Source of the DNA: Octopus bimaculoides
Lineage: Eukaryota
Direction: 5' to 3'
DNA length: 64,000 nucleotides
Assembly: GCF_001194135.2 (NCBI RefSeq)
Contig: NC_068995.1
Location: 2,868,477-2,932,476, forward strand
Shown here piece after piece: positions 39,661 to 52,876 of the stretch. The position numbers and the translations under genes were made by a program. Under the pieces are notes generated by a model. The model was given only the letters and a program-made list of their open reading frames with translations. It was not told the DNA's origin and did not search any database. Within the stretch, counting starts at the first letter, position 1, and every line of letters begins with the position of its first letter.

Positions 39661-42502
39661 CGACAAACACACATTCACTTGAGAATAGACTTCTGTAAGT
39701 GAAGGCTTCAGTATCTAACTCAGGTGAACCGTACAGGTTAAGGATAGAAATGCTTAGCCCCTTGAGATAACTAGCTAAAGGTACATGTTAGGGGTTTCCG
39801 GCATTGCCATAGCTTTAGTAACCACCAGGAAAAAAAGGTCACGATGTCTGGAAGTAGCACTTGCAGTTTCTCTGAAGATTGGCCAGAAAAACGACCTGAT
39901 TGAAAGCCGAAACGAGCAGTTGAAAATGTGAATATTTGAATAGATAAATACGATTATAAATAGAACTTTATAAAATAATTTAGGACATGTAGCAAGAAGA
40001 CCGTTATTTAAAATAAAGGAAATTCACAACTACAACCTCTTCCTCCTCCACCTTCTTCTACCGTCAGTGCTATCAACATAGCTACCACCATCACCACAGT
40101 AATTAACATTGATAAAAGTCGTAATGAGCTTCCATGAAGGTAATCGAGGAGTTATCTCCCATTAGCCAGCGAAACCTGTACAGCAGGTTTGCTTTCAAAG
40201 ACAATTTTGATTCTCTCTCCCTCTCTCTTCATTTTTATTCACTCCCTGCTCTTTCTCTTTGAAAGTTTTTTTTTTAATAAAGTTCTATATTTATCCATCA
40301 ATCAATGATATCTAGAAATATGTTTTAAACTTCGATTATTTTCAATAACAAGCTACCGTAATACATGGGATGAGAGAAATAGCTGTGTCTTGGATATTTT
40401 TTTGAAAAAAAACCCCCAAAAATCATGACTTAAAGCAGAAACAGTAGTGGCCATGACCCTGTTCAGAACTTCCAATACTCGTGGGACGAAGTTAACCCCA
40501 GAGAAGAGGTCTGACCTGAAAGCTTGCAATAAAACAGGACTCTATCAAAGGAAACCAAGAGCAATGTGGTTACAATGACTATAAGAACCGAAGGAAGTTG
40601 ACAAAACTAATTGCTTCGATCACAGATAACAAAACCACGCGTTTATGAAATAAATCGATTTCATTATTTGATTGTCATTAGGCTGCAAGCTGGCAGAATC
40701 CTCAGCACGCCGGACAAAATGTTAAGCGGCATTTCGTTCGTCTTTACGTTCTGAATTAAAATTCCTCTGAGGCCGACTTCGCCTTCCATCCTTTCGGAGT
40801 CGATAAAATAAATACTAGTTGAGTCCTGGGATCGATGTAATCGACTTACACCCTACCCACGAAACTGCTGGCCTTGTGTCAGAAATTGAAATAAAAATTA
40901 ATAGAACGGGAAATACAAAGATAACAAGATATAAACCCCGGACCCCCGTCAAGGCAACACCATAGCCCAACGTCCACAAGGGGCTAAATATAGAGGTTAC
41001 ATATTACAAAGACAATACAATTCTTTTTATCATTATTAGTGAACAATAACGTCGTTTGTCCAGAACCAATAACTGGTTCATTGCTTTTCTGCCGGTAAGA
41101 GTAAAGACAACATCGATGTAGACCAAATATCTTAAGGGACTTCTTTTGTAAAGCACCGGGTTTTAGGTTTCCTCGCCGATGTTTACACAATTCCTTCAAT
41201 TAACAATTTTTGTTTCCACTTGCAACGTATTGATTAATCCGAAGCTATGATAAAAGACACTTGCCCAAAGTGCCGCGTTGTAGGACCGAACCCGGAATCA
41301 CACAGTAGCTAAGCGAACTTCTTACCTTCACAGCCATGCTTTTACTGCTATTTCTAGCAGGTCGAATAGCCGGGTTAAGTTCCCTTTCATAAATGGAGAG
41401 AAGAAAATTTTTTGCTGTTGTTTTGAAAGGAATATTTCTACTCTCCAAACATACATTCTCACACACACATGCATTGTTTCTTTTCATACACTCACCTACA
41501 TTAATGTGCTCAGAAGGGATATTTCTACATTCGAACTACTCTCCACACATTCTCTCTCTGACACCCCGTCATACACACATATCGTCTCATATATTCTCTT
41601 TATCTTTCACACACATATTTTCTCATGTACGTACATATACTCTCTCTCATTCATACATTCTTTCAAATAGGGTCTCATACATACATTGTCACTCATACAC
41701 ATATCTGTCAGTCCCTCTCATATACATTGTCTTACACATATTGTCTCATATGCACACATTGTTTCTTATACACTCATTCATTTACTTTCTAACCCCTCTC
41801 TCTCTTTTTCACACTCCTGTAACGAAATACTATTTTAGTGAGTTTTCAGGGTTGACGGTTGAACGCTTTAAGAAACAAAAAACACCAAAATAAAAATAAA
41901 AATGGTTGGCTGGATTCCCCCGCACCCGTAAATAAATATTTATGTCTACAAAACAAGTGTATGCAACTACATTGAATTAGTTCTGCTTTCTTTATTTTAT
42001 TTTAGCCGACACAGGCCATCATTAATTCTGTTTTGTACTTCCTAGCAGCTGTGTGACCGGAAAACAACTGGGGCACCTAACAACAACAACAGGGAAGGCG
42101 AAAACACGTATGAGGGTAAAAGAGAGAGACAATAGTTTAATAAATAGGTGAACAAAAGACAACAAAAATACTAGTATTGTATTTTAACTTTGATTTTAAA
42201 CTTAACATAGAAGTTAGTTCTCCATTGAATTTTTACACTTTGTAGTTTATTAATATACAGTTATTTTCCTAGACTTTAACGTACTTTTTCAACGACATAA
42301 CAACCTGAGTTTATTTATTTTAACTGAGATTTCTTTCTCTCCACCTCGACCAGATTTTTACTTCCACTCAAAATCGTCTTTCCTTAAGATCGTGGCCGTT
42401 GTCTATCATGTTTGTGTATTATAAGTGTTGTAAAGACCATCACATGTACTCAGAATATTGAACATAATAAAAATTGTAAGACATTTGGGTACCCAGCCAG
42501 TC

Positions 42503-42793
42503 ATGGAAATCATAAAGAGTTCGTTGGGAGCAGATATGATCGTTTACAGAGAGTATATTTATAGAAAAGATAAAGCCAACTTGAATACCATGTACTGGCG
42601 ATGTGTTAAATCGAAATGTAAAGGGAGATTGGTGAGCATTCTGGATTATAAAGAAAAGGACGTGGAAGAAATTCAACTGAAGGTCAGGGGTCACCATTTT
42701 CATCCTCCTGATCCTTTGGATGTGAAGGCAAGGAAAGCATTAATTGAAGCGAAGTCAATTTTGAACTGCAACGAACTACCTAGAAACAAAAAG
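42503..42793 (+). CDS. FLYWCH zinc-finger coding exon A (97 codons, ATG to phase-0 donor)
   Basis: MEIIKSSLGADMIVYREYIY...YWRCVKSKCKGRL...GHHFHPP; C-x4-C and HxH intact; AAG|GTAATC after 42793; ORF tail beyond the donor is low complexity. Confidence 0.8.
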
Positions 42794-45099
42794 GTAATCA
42801 TTATTCGATTTAACCATTGTTTTAATTTTTTTTTAGCAAAAAAAACAAAACTTTCGAAATATAATTACAGCTTCAAAATGATGTTTATTTATTTTGTCTT
42901 TATTTCCAAAACATTTTTTTTTATTTATAAAGTATATATTTAATAGCTGAGTATGTATATCTGATAGACACACTCTCAACTATCTATTTCTCTCTCTCTA
43001 TTAGCCTGTCTGCCGGTCTAGTCGGGAGAAAGTTACAAAAGTGACTCTGGGGCCAACATTTTCGTCCAACCGACTTTGAATCTGAGTTTGTTTCTTTTTT
43101 ATCGATCGAATCATATATATATTCTTTTGCTGTTGGTGGACTGCAGCCTTCCTATGGAACCTAGTGACTTCTATAGTTTGAAACCAAGTATATCGATCTG
43201 TATTTGTAGAACCGTTAGTTGGACAACACCGATTTGTTTTTAAAAACCCTTGTAAACATTAACTAACCAGGTACGCGCGCGCACACATCACACATATTTT
43301 CAATACTTTTTTTTTTTACATATATGTCATCTGTTAAATTCCAGTCAACAACCTGAGGCTCATTATAGTTGAGTAGAGCCCCGTGTAAAATGTCGCGCAG
43401 TGAGATCGAACCTCAAATCTCAGTGCTGCAAAGCGAACTTTGTAACTAAACGGCCTAACGAATACGTGGAGTATATTATTTATCTTTTACTTGTTTCAGT
43501 CATTAGACTGCGGCCATGCTGGAGTACCGCCTTCAAGAATTTCTTGTCGACTCCAGTACTTATTCTATCGGTCATTTATGCCGAACAGTTAAGTTACGGG
43601 AACATTACCGGTTGTCAAGCGGCGTCGGGGGGTGGGTAGAGGACACACACAGAGCCAATCTTGCGGAGAAAGTTCATGAAAATGAAACTATTTGTTCGGT
43701 AATTTCCGACATACATGCACAAAAAAACTCCCATACTTACATACGCTAAGAATACAATAACAAGCGGTTCAAGTGAAAACAAAAGTTAAAGAAATAAAAT
43801 TTTTTACGGAAATTGCTGAACAAACACTTTCACTTTTCATGGTCTTTCTCCAAAAGAATGCCATATATATACATATAGAGAGAGAGAAGAGCGGACATAA
43901 CAAACAGAGAGAGAGATGAAATTTACTTACCATATCTATCTATCTGCTTGTCTATCTCTCCATATCTCTGTCCGTCCGTCCATCCATCTATCTATCTATC
44001 TATCTATCACACAAGTGTGCTCTCTTCCCCGATTTTGTTTCCTTACAATTTTCTGAAAAAAATGGGTATTTTTAATGAAATACCATTCTGACTGCATAAA
44101 TTATACGATTATATCGGAATTTAATGTGAAAAAAAAAATGTTGGGCGCACACACGTACATACTGTTATACTTTTCATATACATTACAAAATAAAGCTTGA
44201 TATTCTGAACACATTATGTGTGTTTTAGTATGTATGTGTGTACACCAACCTGTTTTGTTTTTTCATTATGATCGTAATCTATACACACGCACACATATGA
44301 AGTCTGTTTTTCGGCCATCGTCTCGTCACTTGTTGCGATTATTTCCTTTAGGAGGTTTCCCAATTTCTTGAAATCAGCGCTCTTCGTCCACTTTTCCCTT
44401 ATATTTTCCCATGTCTCTTCCTATTTTGCAGGTTCCTTCCATTGGAATCACTTGCCAATTCTTTTACCCAGCTTTACCCCGTTCTATACACATCACATGT
44501 CAGAACCAGTGCAGTCTTCTCTCATGCACGTTACATCTGATTCCACGAGCCAACGCGGTAGCCTGTATATTAGTCACTCGACGCGCTAGAAACAGCAGCC
44601 AAATCTCTCTCAAATTAACATCCTAAAAGATCGAACATCTTGATTATTGGAGTCTTGGGTTCCTTGCTTATAGGAAAAATACAGAATGGTCACGGTTGGA
44701 ATGTCTTTGATCAATGGTTCAATCAGGGCCTACATGAGACTATATAAACAATATCAACATTCGATTCCTCTAATATTTAGTCTTTCCCTGACCCGTTATT
44801 CACCTTCTCTGTAATGTCACCGTACAAGAAATACAGATATAATCGCATGTAACCCTTTCTCTCACAGATATCCTATCCATCAGAATAATCGAATTTGTTT
44901 CCACCTTAAATAATTCCAATCTCGTGGAAACATGCCATATGTAGTAACAATATCTTTTCTTTCTGAAACGATTTGTTTTAATTCCTTTTGTTATTCAAGG
45001 TCTGCGATATCTGCTCCTGTATCAGTTATTATTAAATCAACATCTTTATTAACAGAGTTTTAAATATCATTCAGAACAGATGGATTGACGTAGCTTCCT

Positions 45100-45290
45100 A
45101 AATGAGGAACAGCCTGATGACCCCAAGAATGTCCTTTTTACATTCATTATAAATAAGAGAACATTTACGTGGTAAATATTCTTTTAAACCCATTTTAACG
45201 TTCTCGATTATTCTGCCAGTATTTCCATTTGATTGTGGATGATATATAGAGGTGTTTTCGTAGGTCTACACCCAGTTTTAACGAAGCCAG
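45100..45290 (-). mobile_element. LTR-retrotransposon (Gypsy-like) integrase fragment
   Basis: Minus frame TSIYHPQSNGNTGRIIENVKMGLK matches the integrase YHPQSNG motif; flanked by stops. Confidence 0.6.
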
Positions 45291-45337
45291 ATGCTCGAGT
45301 TTATTATTTATGTAATTCACAGACATTGTCAAGAAGT

Positions 45338-45600
45338 CCGCCAACTTATCGCCGCCAATTCAGTGCGGAGTCAAGTTATCGGTAAACTAACTCATCGCCT
45401 CAATTAACTTACTTTAAAAATTGAAATTCATAGAAGTGAAATGGAATTGAAAAAAAAACCCTTTATTTAAAGAAATGGAATGTTAATTAAAATACCTTAT
45501 TTTACTAAAGTGTATATGTTTAAATCAGTGGTTCGCTACTAATTCATCGCCGCCAATTCATCGCGAGCCAAGTCCTCGCTCACCAACTCATCACCGAACT
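45338..45600 (+). repeat. Short direct repeats (CCAA(C/T)TCATCGC-like), Mutator-type subterminal array
   Basis: ccaacttatcgccgccaattc, ctaactcatcgcc, aattcatcgccgccaattcatcgc and ccaactcatcacc upstream of FLYWCH exon B. Confidence 0.55.
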
Positions 45601-45786
45601 ACTTCAGTATCAAACCAAATAATTACTAAGCAGACTAAATTAGCAAATTACAAGTCAGCTAATTATTAATTTAAATGTGACAGCGTTTACTTATTTACTG
45701 TTCGACGCTGGCAACTTCGGTTCATGCAATTAATTTAGAACTGTTTGAGCTACGATTGCTTAAATTTTTCAAGGAGGCCCTTCACA

Positions 45787-46095
45787 ATGGAACGTGTTTT
45801 CAGTCAGCGAGGCAAAGAGAAGTTCTCACACAATGGCTATTTGTTTATATTTGATAAATTTAGTAGGACCGACACTGACTTAATGTTTTGGCGTTGTGAA
45901 TTAATCGGCAGATGCAAAGCAAGAATTCACACAAAATTTGGCGATGTTGTGAAATTTATGAATACTCACACACATGATTGTTCACCAATAAGGGAAGTAG
46001 TAAAAATGGTCAGAAAATTGAAAAGCTGCTCTCGAAAGTCACTGGAAGGTCCAAATATAGTAATTGACGAAACATTGGGCAGTGTTTTCCGACCG
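45787..46095 (+). CDS. FLYWCH zinc-finger coding exon B (103 codons, ATG to phase-0 donor)
   Basis: MERVFSQRGKEKFSHNGYLFIFDK...FWRCELIGRCKARIH...NTHTHD; CCG|GTAAGC after 46095; possible acceptor tttttcAG-like aag| at 45773. Confidence 0.85.
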
Positions 46096-47023
46096 GTAAG
46101 CACTTCAAATAAGCATTTTTCCTTCTATATTTCTATGTATATAATAATAATTCTTTCTAATTTCGGCTCAAGGCCAGCAATTTTGAGGGAAAGAGAAAGT
46201 CAGTTATATCGATCCCAGCGTTAAGCTGGTACTTCATTTTATCGACCCGAAAGGCAAACGTTGATTTCGGCAGGATTTGAACTCAGAGCGTAGAGAGCCA
46301 GAAGAAATGCTGCTAAGTTCTTGTGTCGGATGCGCTAACAGTTCTGTCAGCTCACTGTCTTACTAATATTTTTTAATAGCAATTAAACATTTTGATGGAA
46401 TAAATTAAATGCGTGGAAATTGAACCGCTATGTTAAATTAAGGCACTGTGGCTCTCCGTTTTCATACACAAAATGCTCTAAGAATGTCCTTTCTGAATGA
46501 AATACAGTTCTTCCGTAGCTCCTTAACTCTTTCTCTTTCTTTATTCTTATTAATTCACCCACAGTATCAGTAGCGTAGCTTGGGGTAGAGCGAGCCGCCC
46601 CTGGGAAGAAACAATTTTTGGGTCTACTGTATAAACGCCTATATAGGCTCGTGAACCCGGGAGTAGGGGCTGGGTTCTTAAACTATAGGGCTTCCCCGGC
46701 GGCACATGCCACATCATTGCATAGTATACGTCAACAAATATTAACAGTACTTCTAAATTCTTGACATAAACATGATCAATGGACGCATGTATCCATTCTT
46801 CATCATCATCATCACCATCATTTAACGTCTGCTTTCCATGCTGGCATGGGTTGGACGGTTTGACAGGAGCTTGCAAGCCAGTGGATCGTGCTAGGTTTTA
46901 CTATCTGCTTTGGCATGGCTTCTATGGCTGGGCGCCTTTCCTGATGCCAATCCCTTTACAGAATGTACTGGGTGCTTTTTACGTGACACTAGAATCAGCA
47001 GTAGCAAGGTCACCAGGTAACTT

Positions 47024-47069
<46 letters not shown>

Positions 47070-47489
47070 AAAAGAAAAAACCTCAACTGAACAAGGGAGT
47101 AATATTGAGAGTACAAATGTCATGTTTTCAAAAGTTCTGAATTAAAATCTTCCACCAAACCTTAGTCTAATTGAAAGAAACACAGAGCATCTCAACAGAA
47201 ATATGGTAACAGAAGGGTTAAAGATTTTCAACAGAAATGACAACATCACACTTCTAAAACAAAATATAGACTTGTAAACCTTCAATATTCTTGGTAGTTC
47301 GTCTGTCTTTATGTTCTGAGTTCAAATTCTGCCAAAGTTGACTTTGTCTTTCATCCTTTCGGGGGGAGGGGGTCGATAAATTAAGTACCACAAAACATCA
47401 TAAAGAAGAATGAATAATTATACATCTTCAAAAGTTATTTATTACAGCATTATCCCCATTTTGAGAATAATGCTGTCAAACCCATATTG

Positions 47490-47760
47490 GTATCAAAATC
47501 TATACCAGCCCCTGTTCCAAAGGTCCCAGCTATTCCGTCTAGATTCAAGGGCCCACAACTATTTAACACCTTGCTAAAACATCTGAGGGTTCTCTATGGA
47601 CTAGGGGTAGATGTTTTCAAGAAACAACTTGAGCTCTTGCTATCCAAGCTTTGGATATTAACCTATATCAAGGCAGGAAACTCAAAAGAGGGCAGCAGTG
47701 TTGAACTCCCTCCTTCAGCAAATGCCAATCACATATAATTGACCATTGAAAGGGTGATTA
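47490..47760 (+). mobile_element. CR1/L2-like LINE 3' fragment
   Basis: FKGPQLFNTLLKHLRVLYGLGVDVFKKQLELLLS resembles the CR1-type RT C-terminus. Confidence 0.6.
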
Positions 47761-47883
47761 CACTGGCAGTGCTGCAGCATGGCCGCAACCACAGGGCTGA
47801 AATGTATAAAAGAATTCAAAGAATTTACTTCCAATCCAATACGCGTTTCTGCTGGATAAATGCCTTAATGTCTTTTGACGCAG

Positions 47884-47931
47884 TATTTAGGTGCATTTAG
47901 TTGGTTCAGCCGCAGTAAATATCCGTCCAAG
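47884..47931 (+). CDS. Candidate 48-nt phase-0/0 micro-exon (YLGAFSWFSRSKYPSK)
   Basis: ttaatgtcttttgacgcAG| acceptor, AAG|GTAAAC donor, open frame; no homology recognised. Confidence 0.2.
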
Positions 47932-48317
47932 GTAAACATTCCCATGTAGCTTTGTCCATGTTCAAAGAACATGGGTACAAACTGTTAACCTCCAATTTTA
48001 TTTCTCTTTGACTTCCAAAAAAATTCTTTTTAATATTTGATAAGATGGATGCCATCGAAACCGGTTATATTTTAAATCACTCACTCTAACAAAAATATTA
48101 AACATTCTGTAAAATATATTTTTGTGCCTTTTCAAATTTTAGTTACTTTTTTAACCATAATTTTTGATTCGTATGTACTCTTAACTCCTTTTCAACTATA
48201 TATATATATATATATAAATATATATATATTGGGGGAGAGGGATTATCACCTAGATATCCAATTAAGTTATACAAGAAGGAATCATTCCTAATAACTGACA
48301 TTGCAGTATCCTCATAA

Positions 48318-48525
48318 ACAGCTATCAGGGCAAAGGAGATGTCTTAGAGTGAAGTAGCTATTTAGGAATCAGATTATTGGATCCGATTATGAAGGTCATG
48401 GAGAAAGTTATGGCTCAATTGATTTGTGATAAGATTGACCAAGATGAGATATTGTATGGCTTCATATCCAGGAAAATACCACAGATGCAGTCTTCCTTAT
48501 GAGGAGGCAACAGGAGGTGAAATGT
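48318..48525 (+). mobile_element. RTE-type LINE reverse-transcriptase fragment
   Basis: Decayed GKGD...GIRLLDPIMKVMEKV...YGF...TTDAVFL motifs. Confidence 0.7.
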
Positions 48526-49254
48526 TTGGCTCAGAGTTGAGGGCCCGCTTTACGAGACCCTGGGTTTACGAGTTTTATTTTATTATAAATTTTTCAAACA
48601 CAAGATCCAAATTTTGAACCAAGTGCAAAAAAAGTTTCTACCACCATAACAAATGCTTCTGCATGTTACTGAGAAATTTATTGAGAGCGAATAAAAGCTT
48701 CTTCTAATCAAACAACTCTACACTTGTGTGTAAGTACAGGCAGAGGCATTTGGTTAACAAAATGGTTTCCTAACTCTAATCATGTAGTCTTGTGTGGCAC
48801 CATGTGTTTTGTATAGCCCTGGGCCAACCAAAGCCTTGCAAATGGAAACTGAAAGAAACCCATTGTGTGTGTGTGTAGTAATGTAAGTGTTAAAAAGTAT
48901 ATTATTAAACTATGCTTTACATAGTGAAAACATTCTGATACGGAACTCAATGCAGTGATAGTTGTGTGCGGCCCAACCTGGAGCAAAACTCAGAGTAGAT
49001 TATCAAATTCTGATATAATAAATACAGAGACACACACACACAACATTTGTGTATAATTATGGGTATGTGCGAGTATGTGCATATATGAGTGCAGTGGTGG
49101 GACCCTGCGCCATTAGAACTTGCAGGTGGGACCCTTTAGTCTCCTGGCAACCAATATTTTTAGACCCAGTCCGCCACTGTATGAGTGTATGTATATGTCT
49201 CTTCCTCTCTCTCTGTATATATATATATATATATATACCGGAGTAAGCACATGA

Positions 49255-49375
49255 AATGTGCAACAAGGTGGAAAAAAGAGTACTCAAATATCTTGTTCCA
49301 GGATAAGAAGGCGCTTAACCAAAGACGCGAACTTTTAAACACATGTAGGCATGCGTCCAAATTTAAAATGTCTAC
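49255..49375 (+). mobile_element. Penelope-like GIY-YIG C-terminal remnant
   Basis: LNQRRELLNTCRHASKF resembles the PLE LNKRSELVSKCRH motif. Confidence 0.5.
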
Positions 49376-49936
49376 ATGTAATATTCCATATGGGTAAAAT
49401 TTTGGACTATGATCGACTCCTTATAACCATTGTGCAATCTGACTATATATANNNNNNNNNNNNNNNNNNNNNNNNNNNNNNNNNNNNNNNNNNNNNNNNN
49501 NNNNNNNNNNNNNNNNNNNNNNNNNNNNNNNNNNNNNNNNNNNNNNNNNNNNNNNNNNNNNNNNNNNNNNNNNNNNNNNNNNNNNNNNNNNNNNNNTATA
49601 TATAGGTTACTTGGAAAAGGACGCGTGGCGTTCGGAGTACATAAAACAGGGGACAACTGATGAAGGGAATGTTCTTTATGCTGCATGTCTGTTTCTCTGT
49701 TTGTTTGTTGTTTTTGTTGTTTGAAAAAAAGTTCGTTTTCTATGCTTTTGTTTTTTATGTTCTCGTTTCTCATTCTGTCCACGTTTTTTTGATGTCCTGT
49801 ACCCATATATGCATGTATGTATACATATATATGTAGGTATGTACATATATGTATGTATATATTTATATATTATTTATATTATTATTATTATAATATACAG
49901 ACGATACAAAGAAAACAAGGATGTATCATGTGAATA

Positions 49937-49991
<55 letters not shown>

Positions 49992-50029
49992 TACTTGAAG
50001 ATCATGGTGGTGGTGTCACTGATTTTTCC

Positions 50030-50115
50030 CAGTCGCATTTTCCCAGCCAACATTTCCTAGTCACATTTTCGTAGCCGACATTTCTCGATAGCAGTTTTCT
50101 CCCAGCAAGACTACT
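50030..50115 (+). repeat. Short direct repeats (CATTTTCCCAG-like), Mutator-type subterminal array
   Basis: tttttcccagtcgcattttcccagccaacatttcctagtcacattttcgtagccgacatttctcg upstream of FLYWCH exon C. Confidence 0.55.
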
Positions 50116-50443
50116 TTAGACAATATTTTCCGTTTTTATTTGCAATAATTCTATGAAAATTATAATTAACACAAGTAATCAGTAAGGAAGAAGATTACAT
50201 GACGGAAAATGTTTTTATTTTGTTATGTTTAATTAAGGCTGTAAATAAATTATTTTAACTGTAAAAAGGTTATCAAACAGTTAACATTACAATTTCTCTT
50301 TATAAATACGTCATAAGATTTAAGATTAATAGCGATAAAAATTATCAAGTTATAAAGTTTGATTCATTTAGTATTTGCTTCCAGGAATATTCGAGAAATA
50401 TTCGTTTGCTATAATTGAGTATTAACAAATTTTATGCTGGAAT

Positions 50444-50803
50444 ATGGATAACAACGTTTCATACATCGCAAGTATCAGAGGCAAGGAAAAAGCTTGCAAC
50501 AATGGCTATGTTTATGGGTTTGACAAGAAAAGCAAGAAAGACGACCAGCTCTTCTTTTACCTCTGCGAGAGACAAAGATACGAGCAATGTCCATCGAGAA
50601 TCCATGTAAAACATGACACGGTGGTGAAACGCATGCATCAACATAACCATGCTCCAAATCGATCAAGGAAAAAAACCTTGAAAATAGCTTCTGAGATCAA
50701 AGATCATGCGGCCACTTCCGCGGAACCGTTCATAAATACCATCATAGCAGACAGGACAACTCATATACCAGCCTCTGTTGCAGCAGCAGTAATTATACCA
50801 AAT
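50444..50803 (+). CDS. FLYWCH zinc-finger coding exon C (120 codons, ATG to phase-0 donor)
   Basis: MDNNVSYIASIRGKEKACNNGYVYGFDK...FYLCERQRYEQCPSRIH...HQHNHAP; AAT|GTAGGT after 50803 (alternative phase-1 donor 4 nt later); acceptor tttgcttccAG| at 50384 with an in-frame stop (50423-25) before the ATG. Confidence 0.85.
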
Positions 50804-50866
50804 GTAGGTACTCTGTTTACTTTGCCTGTTCATTCACACAGATACAAAATACTATATATATGTAAA

Positions 50867-50901
<35 letters not shown>

Positions 50902-51035
50902 ATGTAATGTCTTTTTGTTGATATAGACACACGTACGCAGATGTGTTTATATACATACATGTACCTGTGCGGCTGTAATGGTCTGTCTTGGCTGGGATAT
51001 CGATCGCTGGGAAAAGCGGCTGGGAAATGCGTTAC

Positions 51036-51069
<34 letters not shown>

Positions 51070-51512
51070 CATTTTATATTGTCGAGAGATATTCTTGCTT
51101 TTGGCACAACCGGTCTATTTTTCTTTTAGAGTGTATCCTTGTTTTTCCTGACTTATAGACTAACTGATCACACACACACACAAAGATGTGTGTAATTTCA
51201 TTTATGTACCTGGAAATTCTACGAACAAATTCTGCTCATCGTATCAATGTTAATATGTATGTATGTATGTATGTATGTATGCGTGCGTGCGAGTGTGCAT
51301 GTCTATACGAGTTCCTGTTTATGTGTTCTTGTCTGTGAGTGCTTGTATCGATGTTACTGTGTATATATATTTAAGCGTCCAACCCATGCTAGCATGGAAA
51401 ATGAACGTTAAACGATGAGGATGATAAATGATTATATATATATATATATATATATAGACCTTTTGCGATGAAATCTCTTGCTATATTGGTAACGATTACA
51501 TGTTTTTCTATG

Positions 51513-51555
<43 letters not shown>

Positions 51556-51580
51556 TTATTAATATTTCTANNNNNNNNNN

Positions 51581-51620
<40 letters not shown>

Positions 51621-52203
51621 TTATTAATATTTCTAAGTCTCTCTAAAGGGGATATTTAATAACTTTATTAATAGTGACTTCGAATGCCACATACAAGTGT
51701 GTGTATGTTTTTATATGACTAACATTTTGAGGTTACTTACAATACCAAAAAGCTTCCACAACCATGGTTCCAGGTTCATTTCTACTGCATGGCACCTTCA
51801 TCAAGTGCCTTCCACTATGATCCGAGGCAAACTAAATATTTGTGATTAGATTCGTGTGGGTCAGTCACAATTTGATGGGGCAGATTTTTTTTATGGCCAG
51901 ATGCTCTTCCTTCTATCACTTCTCATCTGATTCAAAGCAGGTAATATTTCTTTTCTAGTTCAGACATGGTTGTAAATGGAAAATTGCAAACAAATGATAC
52001 TGTTTGTATAATGGGATTGAACCTGCAATCACTCGGTTGTGAAATGAAACACTTAACCATACAGCCATGACAGCACCTCTCTGTCTGTCTGTCTCTCTCT
52101 CTTACATACATACACACACGTTCTTTCTCTTTTCCTCCCTCATCTCTGTGTGTGTGTGTATGTTTCTGGAATCTGAGGAAATATTTCTTTCATATTTTTG
52201 CAG

Positions 52204-52302
52204 AATGCTAGCTACAGTACCAGAAAGAAATTGAGCAAATCTCCAAGAGAAGAACCCATTTCTGATATGGATCCTTTCAGTTCTGAAGTTAGTAAAGTAA
52301 AG
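52204..52302 (+). CDS. Phase-0/0 mini-exon 1 (NASYSTRKKLSKSPREEPISDMDPFSSEVSKVK)
   Basis: tttcatatttttgcAG| acceptor, AAG|GTAAGC donor, 99 nt, open frame. Confidence 0.7.
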
Positions 52303-52429
52303 GTAAGCAGTGTGTGTGTGTGTGTAGGGGTGCAATCGGTTGTTGTTGTGATACAGTGAGTTAAGAGAAATTTGGCTGCTCTTTTTAGCATACTGAATAA
52401 CTATGTAGGGGTCTCCCTATTGTCTTGTG

Positions 52430-52830
52430 TTATGACTGGTTGATAACAAGTTGGGGTAGTTGACAGAAGATTGAGAAAGATGATTGAAGACTGAGGTAGG
52501 TGACATTGTAGTAGATGACATATTGTGGTTGATGATTATATTGTGTTAGATGCCTGGAGATTGAGGCTGGTGACAGAAGATTGAAGTAGATGATAGAGAA
52601 TTGGGATAAATAACTGAAGATTGAGGTAGATGACTGAAGATTGACTTAGTTGACAAAAGATTAAAGTAGAAGACTGAAGAATGAGATAGTTAACAGAAGA
52701 TTGAGCTAGATGACAGAAGATTGAGGTAGATGACTGAAGATTGTGGTAGATAGCAGAAAATTGTGGTAGATGACAGAAAATCGAGGTAGGTGACTGACAA
52801 TTGTTGTAGATGACTGAAGATTGAGATTGA
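52430..52830. repeat. Minisatellite of ~20-nt unit (TGACTGAAGATTGAGGTAGA)
   Basis: Many degenerate tandem copies between the two mini-exons. Confidence 0.9.
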
Positions 52831-52876
52831 TAAAAAAAAATGTGAGGAAACTGAAAATATTTCCGATATATTTCAG

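Noticed and set aside
39870-39925. Hammerhead-like CTGAAGA...CGAAAC (also CTGATGA at ~49658)
   Set aside because: Stem II closing pair and stems I/III not evident; probably decayed Penelope terminal sequence.
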